The position numbers and the translations under genes are program-made. The notes beneath the pieces were generated by a model. That model was not told where the DNA came from. It did not search any database and saw only the letters and a program-made list of their open reading frames with translations. Below, piece after piece: positions 40,353 through 52,832 of a DNA stretch of 64,000 nt. Origin of the DNA: Lama guanicoe (taxonomy: Eukaryota). How positions within the stretch are numbered: the stretch's first letter is position 1; the number at the start of each line of letters is the position of its first letter. The stretch spans positions 2,925,757 through 2,989,756 of the forward strand of contig MU054187.1 in the NCBI GenBank assembly GCA_013239625.1. The letters run 5' to 3'.

Positions 40353-40399
40353 CTGCTGACCGAGTGGAGGAAACGCGCCATCACAGCTGATCTGCATGT
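40353..40399 (-). CDS. Candidate exon with possible start codon (MQISCDGAFPPLGQQ)
   Basis: Acceptor cccctctctcgatctgctcag|acATG (ATG at 40397-40395), donor CAG|gtagat. Confidence 0.4.
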
Positions 40400-42578
40400 C
40401 TGAGCAGATCGAGAGAGGGACACTTCAAGACAGCAATGAACCATGTCATGTAATTTCAGCTAAACTGCGTCTTCTAAGAGCATATGGAGAGGATAATATA
40501 CTTTTAATGTGTTTGGGTTTTTTTTTTTCTCAACTGATAGAGACATAAGATGTTTCATCTTGTTAAAGAGCCTAAACATGTTAAAAAACCACTCTCTGAT
40601 GACAGATTCTCTCCAAAACGAGATTTATGGAGGAGTGAGGACTGGCCTCTGCATTTGGTAACTGTGGTCGTGAGCGTGTACTGATCAGACTGTGTGAGTG
40701 AATGAAGCGTCCAGCGGGGCGGGGAAAGGGGGCCGGGGGGTGCGAGCAGCAGGCGTGGCCTTCGCAGCCTCTGCTCCCAGGAGCAGCAGCAGGTCAGCGG
40801 GGGGCGCCCCCCGGAGGCACCTGGGTGCTAACTCAGCCCGGTGGTGGTTCCTCTGCCCCTCCCCTCACACGGACCGAAGGGTAAACTTCACTGCGTGCCC
40901 GCAGTTGGGCTGGTGGTTTCGTAGACACATGTGACACAACGTGCAGCAGTTCATTTTACTCTTCTGCTGAAATCCTGTCATTGGACTCCTTTGTCCTCGG
41001 GATAAAACTGCAGACTCTCGAGTGTGGATTCTGAGCCCCTCTGTGAGTGCCTCCCGACTCGCTGGGCTCCATCATCTTCCGGCAATTTCTCCCTCGGTCA
41101 CCAGGCTTCAGACAATATTTTTTGCTCATGATATTTGGTTCTTCTCCTTTCCGCTTGCCACTGTTTCTGATCACGCATCTGTACGTGTGCTGATTTGCTC
41201 AGTGCTCTTCTTCTGGAAGGAGGTGAACGGTCCCCAGCAGGGAGGTGAGCAGTCAGGGTGGGCGCTCGTGAAATGAACGAAGCAATGACCCCTTACCTCA
41301 AGGACACTTGGAACGCAGCGGGGAGACAAGACAATGAACACAAACCCAAGGATCCCACAAGAGGGGGAGGATCCTACACATTCTCTGACTGTGGTGTAGA
41401 CATTACGGCAGCCAAGAAAATGAGTGATCTGAACTGGGGCTTTTGGACTCAGTTTTGGGTGGAATTAAGCCTGAGTAGCTATAAGAAAACTGGTGGGAGA
41501 GGTGGTGTAAGTGGGGAGGTGGCCTGGGCGATGGGGGGCACCGGGCTGGGGGTGGCTTCCTCGCAGGAGGTGTTCGTGGGGTTCTGGGACCTGTGTGCAC
41601 CTTGTACCCCATCATAGCTGCATGTGGTCCACACGCTGGGCAAAGGTGAAGGCTCAGAATGTCAGCTGCCATCAGAGCTCTGGGAGCCGCAGGGTTGATC
41701 AGGCCAGATACTGTCTCTGTTTTAGTTGGCTCCCCTCCCCGCAACACCTGTGTAGGGGACACTCCTGCTCAAACTATAGTGTTGCATTCTAAGTCCCTGA
41801 CGTCACAGGTCACTTCTTCATTCACTTAACAAGCACGCGTCCTCACAGGTGTTGGAGGAAGAATCCTGACCAAACAAAGACATTAGATTTGGCCAGAGGA
41901 AAATGAAAGGAAATGTCTCGACTGTGGGAGGTGCAGTTCAACAGAGGGATAAAGGCCCACATTTGTGTGACGAACATCTTCCGGACAACTCCTTTGGAGA
42001 CGATGTCAAGGTCTCAGTCAGAGGCTGGAGGCCCTGAGTGTGTGCATCACTCAGTGAGTATCGACTCGATGTTCACTCTGTGCCAAACACTCTTCCCAGC
42101 GCTGAACACAGAGCCACGAGTGGGCTTCCCGCGGGGCTTACGGGCTGAAGCTGAGAGGCGGGCCCCCTCTAGGGACTCACGGGGGCGCTCCAGGCCTGAG
42201 AGCTGACACTGGACAGAGAAATTGACCAAGCTAAGACAAATTTTGAAGGGAAACAGAGCTGTTAGGTGTACATTAAAAATGGCAGCACAGCAGAGTAGGA
42301 CCATTTTTAAGGACAGCAATAGTGGGAAGGGAGATTTTTGGGCCAAGTCTGACAAGTTAGGTTTTATGTTCACCTGCGTTGAGGGTGACGGTAAAGGAGA
42401 CAACTCAAAAACTACTTGAGGCCTTAAAATGTGAAACAAGAGAACAGCGGACAGCCCAGGGCGGAAGTCACCACATGAGTGCTGGACGGGAAAGTAGTTG
42501 CAGGTGCAAAAAAGGGAGACTAGATTGATAGAAGGATTCATAAGACTATTTGTAAGAAAATCAAAGAGGTACAGTTGA

Positions 42579-43339
42579 TTTCATTAATGAAGCACTAAAT
42601 CATCCACCACAGGAAAAAATACGGGGTCAAAGTTGGTGATTTTTGAGACATCCCAAAACAGCTCCTCTTCAGTCTTAACCAAGTTCGGTGGCTTTCTCCC
42701 TCTTCTCCTGATGTGGGAAGCCCCATGAGAAAGACGGCAGGACCTCCAGGCAAGGCCACTACCCTCCTGCCAGCACCATGCGGTTTCCTGGCCCTTGGCA
42801 TTACCTCGCTTTTTAAACTCTGAAACAGCTTACTTCTAGAAAAGCGGAACTTAGCCCTAAGATTCTATTGGTTCCCTGAGCTAACTTCTGATTGGTCCAT
42901 TTGTAGTGCTTCATTTGCATGGAGCTCACTCCTGATAGGTCTATTTCCCTCACTCTTGATTGGTCCATTTATCTCACTCCTGATTGGGCCACTTCTACAA
43001 AGCTTGTTCCTAATTAGTCATTTTTGTCATACCTTATTTGCATATGATGTTACAAAATGTTGCAAAGTATAGACTGGTGTCCTATAAAAGCCTGTGTAAA
43101 CCTACAGACGGGGTCCAGAGCTTGGAGTGTTAACTCCTCTGGGCCCGCGGGTGTAATAAACCTGACTTCTCCAACTCTCCGAGTGCTGCTTGGTCTCTCG
43201 CCGGGATCCAGGCTGCTGTCACAACTGAGCTGTAATGCTGAGCTGTAGCACACTTTGCTGCAGCACTCTGACATGGGTTTCCTCTGGCTGAAGTTGGTAC
43301 GACTAGTTCCTTCACTCAACCTCATGCGTCCATAGAACA
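42579..43339 (+). mobile_element. Solo ERV LTR (ERV1-like); 5' boundary uncertain
   Basis: U3 has four inverted CCAAT (ATTGG) boxes at ~42866-42987 and two ATTTGCAT octamers (42913, 43036). TATAAAA at 43083-43089, AATAAA at 43155-43160, ends ...agaaCA at 43339. Possible TSD gttga at 42574-42578 / 43340-43344. Confidence 0.8.
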
Positions 43340-44941
43340 GTTGAATGACTATGTGGATATTCTGAGAAACAAAGTAGGAATGAGGAATTTTAGCCTTTGG
43401 ATGAAATATTTTTCTAAATACTCGATGTTGAAGTCTACTAGGTGATTAACATCTTAGCAGAAATTAATGTTTCGGGTTTCTTTTTTTAACGGTAGAAAGA
43501 GATGTCAGGGCCACGGAGAATGCTGATGGTTTGGTTTGTGTGAGGGGGACGGAGGCAACCCCAAGGGGTCTGGAGTGGAAGACAAATGTGGGCCCCCTGT
43601 GGACAGTGCACTCACCAGCTCCCACCCCAACGGGACAGCCTCTGGGATGCTGTGTAAACCTGGAGGTCAGTGCTTAAAGCATCAGCCACACGCAGGGCCG
43701 GCTCGCCCAGGACTCCCTCTCCAAGACGCTGTGTGGCTGCAGAGACAGAAGCCCAGGGACGCTCTCCGGGGCCGCAGCAGCCTTGACACGAGCAGCCCTG
43801 CTAGGGCTGTACTTACACCCACCCTGGGAATGGGCACTGCTCCCAGCCCCATTCCCAGCCTCTGACCTTTGATCTCCAAGGCTTTGGAGTTGGGTTCCCC
43901 GAGCACGCAGCCTGAGCGCGCCCTCCCCTGCAGGCTGTGCTCCCCTGTGTTAGAGTGGGGTGTCGCTGAGACAGTCTCGCTCAAACTCTGCCTGACTGTC
44001 AGGACACTTGCTTTGGAGGGACCACTGCCCAGTTACCACGCAGCTCTTGATTGCAGAGACCTGGCGGGGCAAACTTGGGGTTGAAGGGAGGGCAGGCACT
44101 TCTGCAGCCAGGTGCCCTCAGGGTTTGGACTCCAGGTCTGGGCCCCCGGGGAAACTGTGTTTTGGGGAAGGACTCTTCTGAGACAAAGGAGTAACTTGGT
44201 TGGTGTGCGGTTCAAAGAGGCTGATTTTAAGATAAATTTATCTGCTTTTCATGAACAAAACAGGACCAGATCCAAAATGGTCCTTTCATGATTCAATCCA
44301 CTCCCTTTTCCTCCTGACTGCTTCATGTCCTGTGAGATGTCTCAGAGTCCGAGCTGTGGCTCAGCAAGCTGGGAGAGGGAAGGCGTGTGTCTCCTGCCGT
44401 GCTCAGGGGCCTTGGGACGGATGTGGCCACTGTAACGGGGTTCCATCTTGGCTGCTCCTGGCTGAAGCATCTTGTGACACAGAGAGTCATTCCATGCTCG
44501 TGAACCAACACAGCATCTTATTTCTCTGGGTTGTGACTTTGGAGCACAAGTACTCCCGCCATGTTTCCCCCTTAATATGTATCTTCTTCCTTCAAACTAA
44601 ACTGTTTTGAGCCCCCCAAGGGCGTCTCTCCTGGGTTATCTGCTGTGCGTTCTACCTACTGGAGAGTTACTAAAATAGCCTTTCTAGAACATAATTGTTT
44701 ATCCCCCCAAATTCCAAAAAAGCTTATGATCTTTAAAAACACAAACTTTAAAACAACATCAATAGGATAATGCAACAAATGACCTCAAGTATAAATAAAA
44801 ACTATAAATCACTCTTCTCCTTACATCTGAAAAATAGTAGATTAAAATGTATCTTTCTCCCTCAAAAAAAAAATAGTGACACAAGAACATTTATTGTCCT
44901 TTAGTCGTCGAGAGCAGATGAAATCTTTTATCACTATATTT

Positions 44942-44975
44942 AGACGTCAACCAGGCAGGTTGGTGCCATGGCAAC
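44942..44975. promoter_or_regulatory. RFX X-box with adjacent CRE-like site
   Basis: GGTGCCATGGCAAC (44962-44975) is 13/14 to the X-box palindrome GTTGCCATGGCAAC; aGACGTCA at 44942-44949 is 7/8 to TGACGTCA. Confidence 0.55.
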
Positions 44976-45371
44976 GGCTGCACAAAGAAATGTTAGCAGG
45001 AGACGCAGGCTGGCTCGGAGAGGTGCTTACTTAGTGCCGCTGGAGTGGATTAAAGATTGGGCCCCACCAAGGCCACGTGCCCAGCTGCTCCCGAGCCCTT
45101 GCCGTGCAAGGGGTTGGGGGGACCTGAGCACTGCTGTCACCAGCGATCGCTGAAGTCCAAGAAATGACTGAAGGGTGGATGCAAAGGCCCTCTGTGCGCT
45201 AGTCCCCTCACCTGGATCCAGGCTCCTCTGATCCCAGTGATGCTGCCTTGGCCTTAAGAATTCCTATTGGCCTTGAGTCCCGGGATTGTTCTAGATGCTC
45301 ACTTTGTAATGAGATACAGATGAAAAGTTCATTCCCTGCACGTGTGTTCCGTGTTATTCCCGCACACTGAC

Positions 45372-45443
45372 CTCCTGGAAGAACTCACAGAGCTGGCGGT
45401 TCTCACTGGGAGCCTGCCTTTTGTCCAAGACTATTCCAGGCGC
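45372..45443 (-). other. Candidate 72-nt exon (5' UTR or coding APGIVLDKRQAPSENRQLCEFFQE)
   Basis: Very strong acceptor cctgcctgtcttttctgcttctccatctcag|, donor GAG|gtcagt; open only in phase 0. Confidence 0.5.
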
Positions 45444-47589
45444 CTGAGATGGAGAAGCAGAAAAGACAGGCAGGATGTGTCTCTCCGGCCCCGATTGCTG
45501 GGAGAGAGCCAGACTGTAAAATGCAGTGAGCAATAATAGCGGTAAACAGTCCGTAGGCATACATTTTAGAACTCCATACGTGCAATGACGTGAAAACCAC
45601 CATGTGAGGCACGCGGCGGGCTGGGTTGGTGGGTGGGGGACCCGGGGGCGGCTGCTGGGAAAGACACTTGAGTTGAGACTTGAGTGATGGGAAGACAAGC
45701 CGCCCAAGACACAGAGCATGCCTGTCCGGGCGGGACCGCAGTGCAAAGGCCACGTGCCAGGATGAGACAGACATCCTGTGGGGCAGCAGAGCGGCAAGGG
45801 CCAGGCCAGGGCCGCCCCAGCTTGCCTGGTCCATCACCTGCACCCTCTTCGGGAGCTCTCATGTCTTCTGGAGCCCCTCAAATGGCCTAGGAGCCCCCAA
45901 GAAGTGGCCTTCCCTGAGATCTGCAAGGAAGGGTGCGCGCCTGCCACGCTCCTTCTCGGTGCGGAGCTGAGCTCGCACAGCGGGGCCTAACGCCCTGGGC
46001 GGCACTAACGCCCTTGGCGCCCGCTGAAGGGCCGCCGCTCCTGCTGGGAAACAGGAGGTGCTGCCTGACGGCGGACTCTGCTCTGGCTTTACAGCTGCCT
46101 CCCGTGGCACCTGCTGGTTCCCAGGCCTTTGTCTTGCGTGCACAGGGACCCCGACGGCCCCGGGCCTCGCTGTAGGGTGGCCACAGTGGCCGCTTACGTC
46201 AACGCCAGGGTGACTGTGGGAAAGCCCTTTGCTCATCCTTGGATGGCGGCCTTCTCTCCCAGGGCTCAGTCAGAGCATGCGGGGGACTCCAGGAGCAGGA
46301 GGCAGGCGGTGCCTGGCTTAAAGCCACCTTTCCCCCTCGAGGACTCTCAGCTCCGAGCACCTCATCTTCCTCTTCCCTTGAAGTGAATCTTTTCTTCCTT
46401 TTCCAGGAGGCTTCCTAGTTCCTCATGCAGTGGTCCCTCCATCAGGCCTCCGCAGGTACAGACAGGCCAGACTCTGAGAAGGAACTCAGGTCGGCTTCGC
46501 ATGGGCTCTTTATTTAAGAGCATTTACGTGTTAATTGGGCTTGGACGCCCCTCTCCCCGGAGCTATTCAGAAATGCGCATTGCGTGGGTGAGCTGTGTGG
46601 CCGGGACCGCAGAGCCCACAGAGTTCCAGGAAGGACTCGTGGGCGCTGGCTTTCCTTTCCTGGGGGCGAGGACCTGCCCTTCCCGATGGATGGCAGCAGG
46701 GTCCACAATGACTGGGCAGTTCCGCGGCACCACTCTCTCTAGCAGAGTAGACGTAGGAAAAATAAAGTCATCTTAGAAAATACGGTTTCACTGGCAAAAG
46801 GAAGGGTCTCCTGTGACCTTTTATCTAATTTCTACCTAATCTGGTCATAAACGACGGAGGGGAAAAGAATTCAGAATGCGTAGGAATATGGGACATGGTC
46901 CTGAAGACACGTGTTTCCTTAGACTGGCCGTGCGACCATACTGCCCATGTCCTGGTGAGGAATATAAAGTCAACACCAAAGAATTAATTCCCTTTAAGGA
47001 GAGGATGGTGCATGTGGGCAGGACACATATGGGGCTATAGCTTAAGTTAAAATATAATTGGTTCTGTTTCATATGAGCTTGCTATTAGAAAGGAGAAAGT
47101 GGATCTTCCTCTTTGAGATACTGACCCTTAAAAAAGTGAGAAAATTTATTATGTCCCACATTTAATAGGAACCGCAGAGAGTCAGGACATTTGGCAACCT
47201 GCTCAAGAAACATTATGAAATACCCATCAAGGGGAAAACAGGGCTGAGGCTTTGGGGTGGTTGAGCCCAGGCAAGGGCAGAGGACCGTTACTTGTCCACT
47301 CACCCAAGGGACGGTTACTGAGTGCCGCCGGGGTGGTGCGATCCCACGGTCGGTGCCCAGCTCACAGCAGTGCCAGCAGCGCCTCCTGCAGGGCTTCTTG
47401 TGAGAAAGACGAGGGATGAAGTTGCGTGACAGTGCTTGTTAACCTGTTAGCTGGTGGGGGATTGGTAAAAAATTATTTTTCTGCCTCTTTCCGCCTTTTT
47501 CGAGATAAAATGCCAACTTGGTGTTTATGACTCTTAAGGGAAACACTCCCAACGCCTGTTGGGAACCTGGAAGTCCTGTTGCAGCAGCA

Positions 47590-48003
47590 GTGCTAGTTTG
47601 TGTGTCCTGACACAGCAAAGCACCACAGGCTGCGTGGCTTTAGCAACAGGAGCTTACTGAAGCCTCCCGGCTGGAGAGGCTGGATGTCCCAGATAGAGGG
47701 CACAGTGGGGCCGGTTTCCTCTGGGAGGACGGGTGTGTTCCAGCCTCTCTCTTGGCGTGTGGACGGCTGCCTTCCTGCCCATAGGCTTGCTCCCCTTGCT
47801 TCTGTGCCCAAATCCCCCTTTCTATGAGGACACTTCACAGATGCAACCCCACCGTAATGCCCTCATCTTAAGTCGTGACATCTGCAAGAACACTGTTTCC
47901 AGATAAGGCCACCCTCTGAGACCCTGGGGTCAGGACTTCAGCAAGTGAGCTCATTAGGGGTGGGGGGGACGGGGAGGGGAGGGAGGGGGCCAATTCAGAC
48001 ACA
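47590..48003 (-). mobile_element. MaLR LTR (MLT1B/C-like)
   Basis: cacagcaaagcaccacaggctgcgtggctttagcaacag...acatctgcaagaacactgtttccagataaggccaccctctgag...ggtcaggacttcagca. Confidence 0.85.
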
Positions 48004-49904
48004 CCCTGTTCTCCTCCACTCCCGGGCTCCTTCTGTTCTCCCGTTGGAGCTGCCCTCACCCTTCAAGTCGAATCCCAGGCCCGCGGCCTCCACGTAGCCC
48101 TTCCTGGTTGCTCTCGGTGGAGTTGACTCAAGTTTTTTCAATCTTGAATGCACTTGTTTCACTTTAGTTTTTAAATAGCTTTTTGTATCCCAGGACTCGT
48201 TTTCTGTATCATTGACAATATGGTACCATTCAGTCAATAAATATCTTGAGTAAATGTGTTTGTAAAGATGTTTCTTCTCCCTAAATAGGCTATAAACTCA
48301 GAATAAGGGGCCATGGTTATATTTATTTTTATAACAGATCTTTTTAACATTCAAATGCAGGGTGGATGAACAGAGGAAGTGCTCAGGTAGGAAAGAGGAG
48401 GCTCATCTGAGAAGGAACCCCACCGAGACAGGACCCCAAAAGACTTCCTCAGTGACACGAAGGGCGCTTCCTTTGCAGACTTCACGGTACAGAAGGCAGC
48501 TCTTGGCTTTGTTAGCTTTGAAAGCTAATTCCAACAGCAAATGGAGAGTGGTTTTGTCTTTAAGATAAACACATGCATGAGGTCGATGGATAAAATCAGA
48601 ACATCGATTTATTAATTCACAGTGAGAAATGAACTGTCATACACTCTGAAGGGCAACGTCTCTTGGCTAGACCTATGTGGGAAGCCAAATATAATCAGAA
48701 GTTTGCTGTGCGAGCATGGATTCAGATCAAGGGAAAATCAATAAGTGATTTAAATATTTAATGGCATCAGGCTAAGATAGTTTGATGCATTTATCTCCAT
48801 AGTCATGATTATGTTGCCAGTGCAGTAACATTCTCAAGCCTATTGGCTAAATAAATAGCCATCACCAATGTTTGAATCTTGGGCCCTTCTTTCTCTGTGT
48901 AAACTGGCTATCTTGCTTTATGGTCTTCCTGGATCATACCCTCCGTTTAATATCCAAATAAAAACTTTATGACTCCCATATGGTGTGACTATAAAAAGTC
49001 CTGTCATCTCTCAAATATTTCTGATTTTATACTTTAACTCAAAGATGTTCATAATTCTTTTAGTGCCAAGTTCTTCAAGGCTACTCTTAGTGGCTCATGT
49101 ACTTCATAAATGTATTGAGTGAGTAAGTCCCATCAGAGCACAGAAATAAATGAGTAAGAGTAGATGGCTACAGCTTTTTTTCTGTTAATTTTTAAAATGT
49201 TCTCTATTTAAGTGTTTCAAATTAGTGTGAAGGGACCTCCTGGGTTAACCCAGCAGTGGTGTCTGGGCAACCACAGACAAGCCCCTTGGGGTGGAAGCTA
49301 CCCACGTTTTACTTGGAAAGTCTTTAGACGAAGAGTCAAATCATCACAGTAAAAACGTTTCAAGTTGATAAGTTGTCTCTGAACTTCCTGCCCGATGCTG
49401 CAGAATGGAAGGCAGAGTCCTCCTTTCCTTTCCGTTGGCCACCAGGCTTATGCTTTCCATTTGTTTTCATGGATAATGACACACTTAAAACAATTCTCAG
49501 TGATTTTTCTCAAGGTCCTCAAAGTTTAGAAGAAGGCATCTTTGCTTTTTTTTTTTTTAAGAGAGCGGTAAATTTATTAAGGAATACTAGGGTTGCTACA
49601 CATTTTATATTTCAGAGTGAAACCAGTTATAAGTGAGCCCAGCAGCGACTTTGCTTCATTAATTACTATAAATAGCCTTCAAAAAATTGGGGTGGGGTCT
49701 TGGTTTTATTATCAAATCACCTTTTATAATTTTGTAAGTGCAGAATTTGGCATGTTGAGACTAAATGAGATCAGAGTTCAGACTCAGCTGCTCTGAACCT
49801 GTGTCTCTGTCCTCTTTTCGGAATGATGCATGTCGCACCCAGACTCCCACTTCTCCCCCTTGTATTTTACTAGCAAACTGCTCAAGTTCCTTTTCAGTAG
49901 ATGA

Positions 49905-50200
49905 TCTGTGGGACACTGGGCAAGTCACTTAACCCCTGCAAGTTTCAAATTACCTCTCAAGTGAAAAATAACGCAGCTTATAGGGTGATGTAAAGCCTTA
50001 AAGTGTAAAGTCCAGCATAGTAGTGGATGATTAATACTTAGAAACCCTTAGTGTTGTTTCTTGATTTTATATATCACTTATCAGATTTGTGAATTTAGGA
50101 AAATTAATATGACCTCTCTGAGTCTCCTTATTCTCAACAGCAAAATGGGGAAGACAATGTCAACCTCAGGAATGTTATGAAGATCAAATGATTGTATGTA
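49905..50200 (+). mobile_element. Two MIR fragments
   Basis: ctgtgggacactgggcaagtcacttaacccctgcaagtttc; gacctctctgagtctccttattctcaacagcaaaatggggaaga. Confidence 0.7.
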
Positions 50201-52239
50201 CATGTGTGTGCATAATCACTCAATGCATATCAGTTCATTCTTCTCTCCCTCTTTCCTCCTGCTAATAATTTGTTCTAGTTACTCTGAACCAGTGAACAGT
50301 TTAGGTTGCAATTTGGACTGAAAGGACTTAATGGTAAGGGTGCTCGTGTCTTCAGTTTCGGGGGCAGGGCATCTGCCCGTCCACTCCAAATGAAGAAGCA
50401 ACTCATCTGTTGAGCTGCGGCTTTCTTTGTTTTGAAAGCACCTCTTCCCTTCTGGTGAGAAGTTCTTGCATTTAGAACCCCGCCTTTAGTGTTTCTTGCA
50501 TCGCAGCAGCTCTCACTCGGGGCAGAGCTGGTCAAGGACGCCCTCCTTGGAAAGGCTTACGAGCTCTTGAGTTTACCTCACAAAGAGAGGAGGTTGGAGC
50601 CTATGGCCCAGCTCGGCTCAGAGTCAGCCGTCTTTCCTAGAGTGATAATCTTGTCCCGCTTCTCTCAGGGTGCAGGTGAGGATTCCATCCTTGCTAACCA
50701 AGATGTAGCCTCTGGCAGGTGGATATGTTCTGCGTGGAAGCAGCGGTTACTTCGTTCTTTTGCAAACGTTGGATGTGGACAGGGGCAAGGCCTCAACTGG
50801 CATTTGAAAAAGGATTGTGAGAGGCACCAAGTGGACGCAAACAAACTGCTGTTTCTGCCTCACACCTGCTCCTCAGAAGCAGAACTGGGTGCTCGCAGAT
50901 TACGCCAAAAATCACAGGTGATTTGTTTTCCCTTTTATTCAAATAAAATGATTCTGACAATAATTATCAATGTGCTAATAAATGTTTAAAACAGTTCTGT
51001 GGGGGAAGTGACCTAGCCGCACATCTTTGTTGCTGGTGTTATTAGAGGACATTGCGGCTGCTTCCAGTTTATAGCAAACGTAGGAGCTCAGACTAGACTC
51101 CGTGTAACAGCCAGAGCTGGAGTCAGCAGAACCTGATTTTATTTCCAATTCTAGAGTTTACTTATTGGAAGAACCTGGAAAAGATAATGATATACTCACT
51201 CTGACAGCAACAAAGCTGAGATTCTCTGAGCTACGGTCACTAGCGGGAATGTGAAGTTCAATCAGATGGTCCACACGTGTGCAACTTATCGCAAGTCCCA
51301 GCATCATTCACGGAACAGACTGTTCCTGCATCGCATCTTGTTTAATTAGGAGACACAACTGGAAATTGAAGTCTAGGAATTTGTTAGCTCCATTTAACAC
51401 TGCTCGCAAAAGATCCCGGGGTGATCCAGCTGCAAACAGCAAAATGTGTTACCTCTTACAGGTTTATGATTTATTTATAAGAAAACAAAAGAAAATATTT
51501 TGATATTGTGCATTATTTCTACAGAGAGATAATGTGGTCTGCTAGCACTTGTTAGCATGTGCATTTTCATCTAATTTTTAATTATCTAGCCTTAATTTTA
51601 TTCCTTGTTTAAAAGGAAATGAATCATTGTCATCTGCTTGCAGCAAATTAAGTTATAGACAATGTGCTATTAAAAATCTTGAATAGATCTTGATAGTCCA
51701 GCAAATAATTCTCAAGCAAATACTTTTTAATTCTTAAGATACTGCAAACTTTGGAATGACATGTTTTGTGACCTACTGGAACAAAAAGGGTTTTTAACTG
51801 ACTTCACCACAAAAATAATAGAAGAAAAAGTTGCATTTTATTGTATATATTTGTATCTTGTTATGACTTAAGTAATTCGTTTGGTATTAGAAGGATCTGA
51901 TTAATTCAGACACATCCAGACCAGGGACAGCAGTGATTATGTAAATGAGGCATAAATAATTAAAAATGAAAAGCAGCGAATGTCTAGATGTAAAGCTTTT
52001 CAAAGTACCATGTGTGTTCTAGAACCAGCTCGTCACACAGAGCAGTGTCTAGGAGGGTAAAGTTAAGTAGGAAATCACACTGTAGACTTCTCACTTTAAT
52101 CTTCTAAATGATACTCAACTGCCTACCCACAAATGAAAACATACTCTCATTATCATTTAGATACTGTTTTGCCAAAACATTCATTTGGATTTCAATCTCC
52201 TTTTCAATTAGAAGTTCAGGAAAGCAGACATGTAAATAC

Positions 52240-52330
52240 CTTGCCACTAAGACACCAGCACTGGAGATCAGGTGAGACACCACTGCCACAATATTGTCCC
52301 AGTTTGGATCGAGTAATATGTTAACTGTTG
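52240..52330 (-). other. Candidate 91-nt exon (TVNILLDPNWDNIVAVVSHLISSAGVLVAR in phase 1)
   Basis: ttctcacatag|...AAG|gtattt; one open, protein-like frame. Confidence 0.4.
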
Positions 52331-52832
52331 CTATGTGAGAATTGTCCTTTGCAGGAAAGTCTTTTAATATTTTCCTTACAATACTAAAAAAATGGAGATA
52401 GATTTAGAGTATATTATTCAGTCAAAATACACATTTTTATTTATTAGAGCAACTTCTTTGGGGTCTCTAATTTACTGTCTAGTATGAGTTTGACCCCAGA
52501 AGAATCATAAATTTTCTAAAATAGCTCATTTCCCCTAAATGCCTGTCTTTCTGATTTAAAGTAGGAGCAACAGAAGCAATAAAAAGCGCACTTGTTGGAA
52601 GTTGTCCTGCCCAGATAAATGCTTGACTGAAACAAAGGGAAACGTATTTCCTTCTCCTGAATTTTTTTGGCTATCACAACTTTTATAATGAAAACAATTT
52701 TATCTTCCATTTATTATACCCTTATATAATATGGTTAAAAAAATCACATGGAAAATATGCCTAAAGGTTCAAGAATTGCTACAAGAATGTGAAAAATTTG
52801 GGCTAAATATTCCTTATTTGAGGGAATGTGTG

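Noticed and set aside
33660..40399. Alternative frame with repeated TGA codons (HADQL*WRVSS...RAL*DQV...PKL*AKG), considered as selenocysteine read-through
   Set aside because: No SECIS-like element identified, TAG/TAA stops occur in the same frame in neighbouring exons, and off-frame or CpG-decay TGAs are the simpler explanation.
40793..40807. CTCF-like motif GTCAGCGGGGGGCGC
   Set aside because: Mismatches at core positions, and such matches are frequent in GC-rich DNA.
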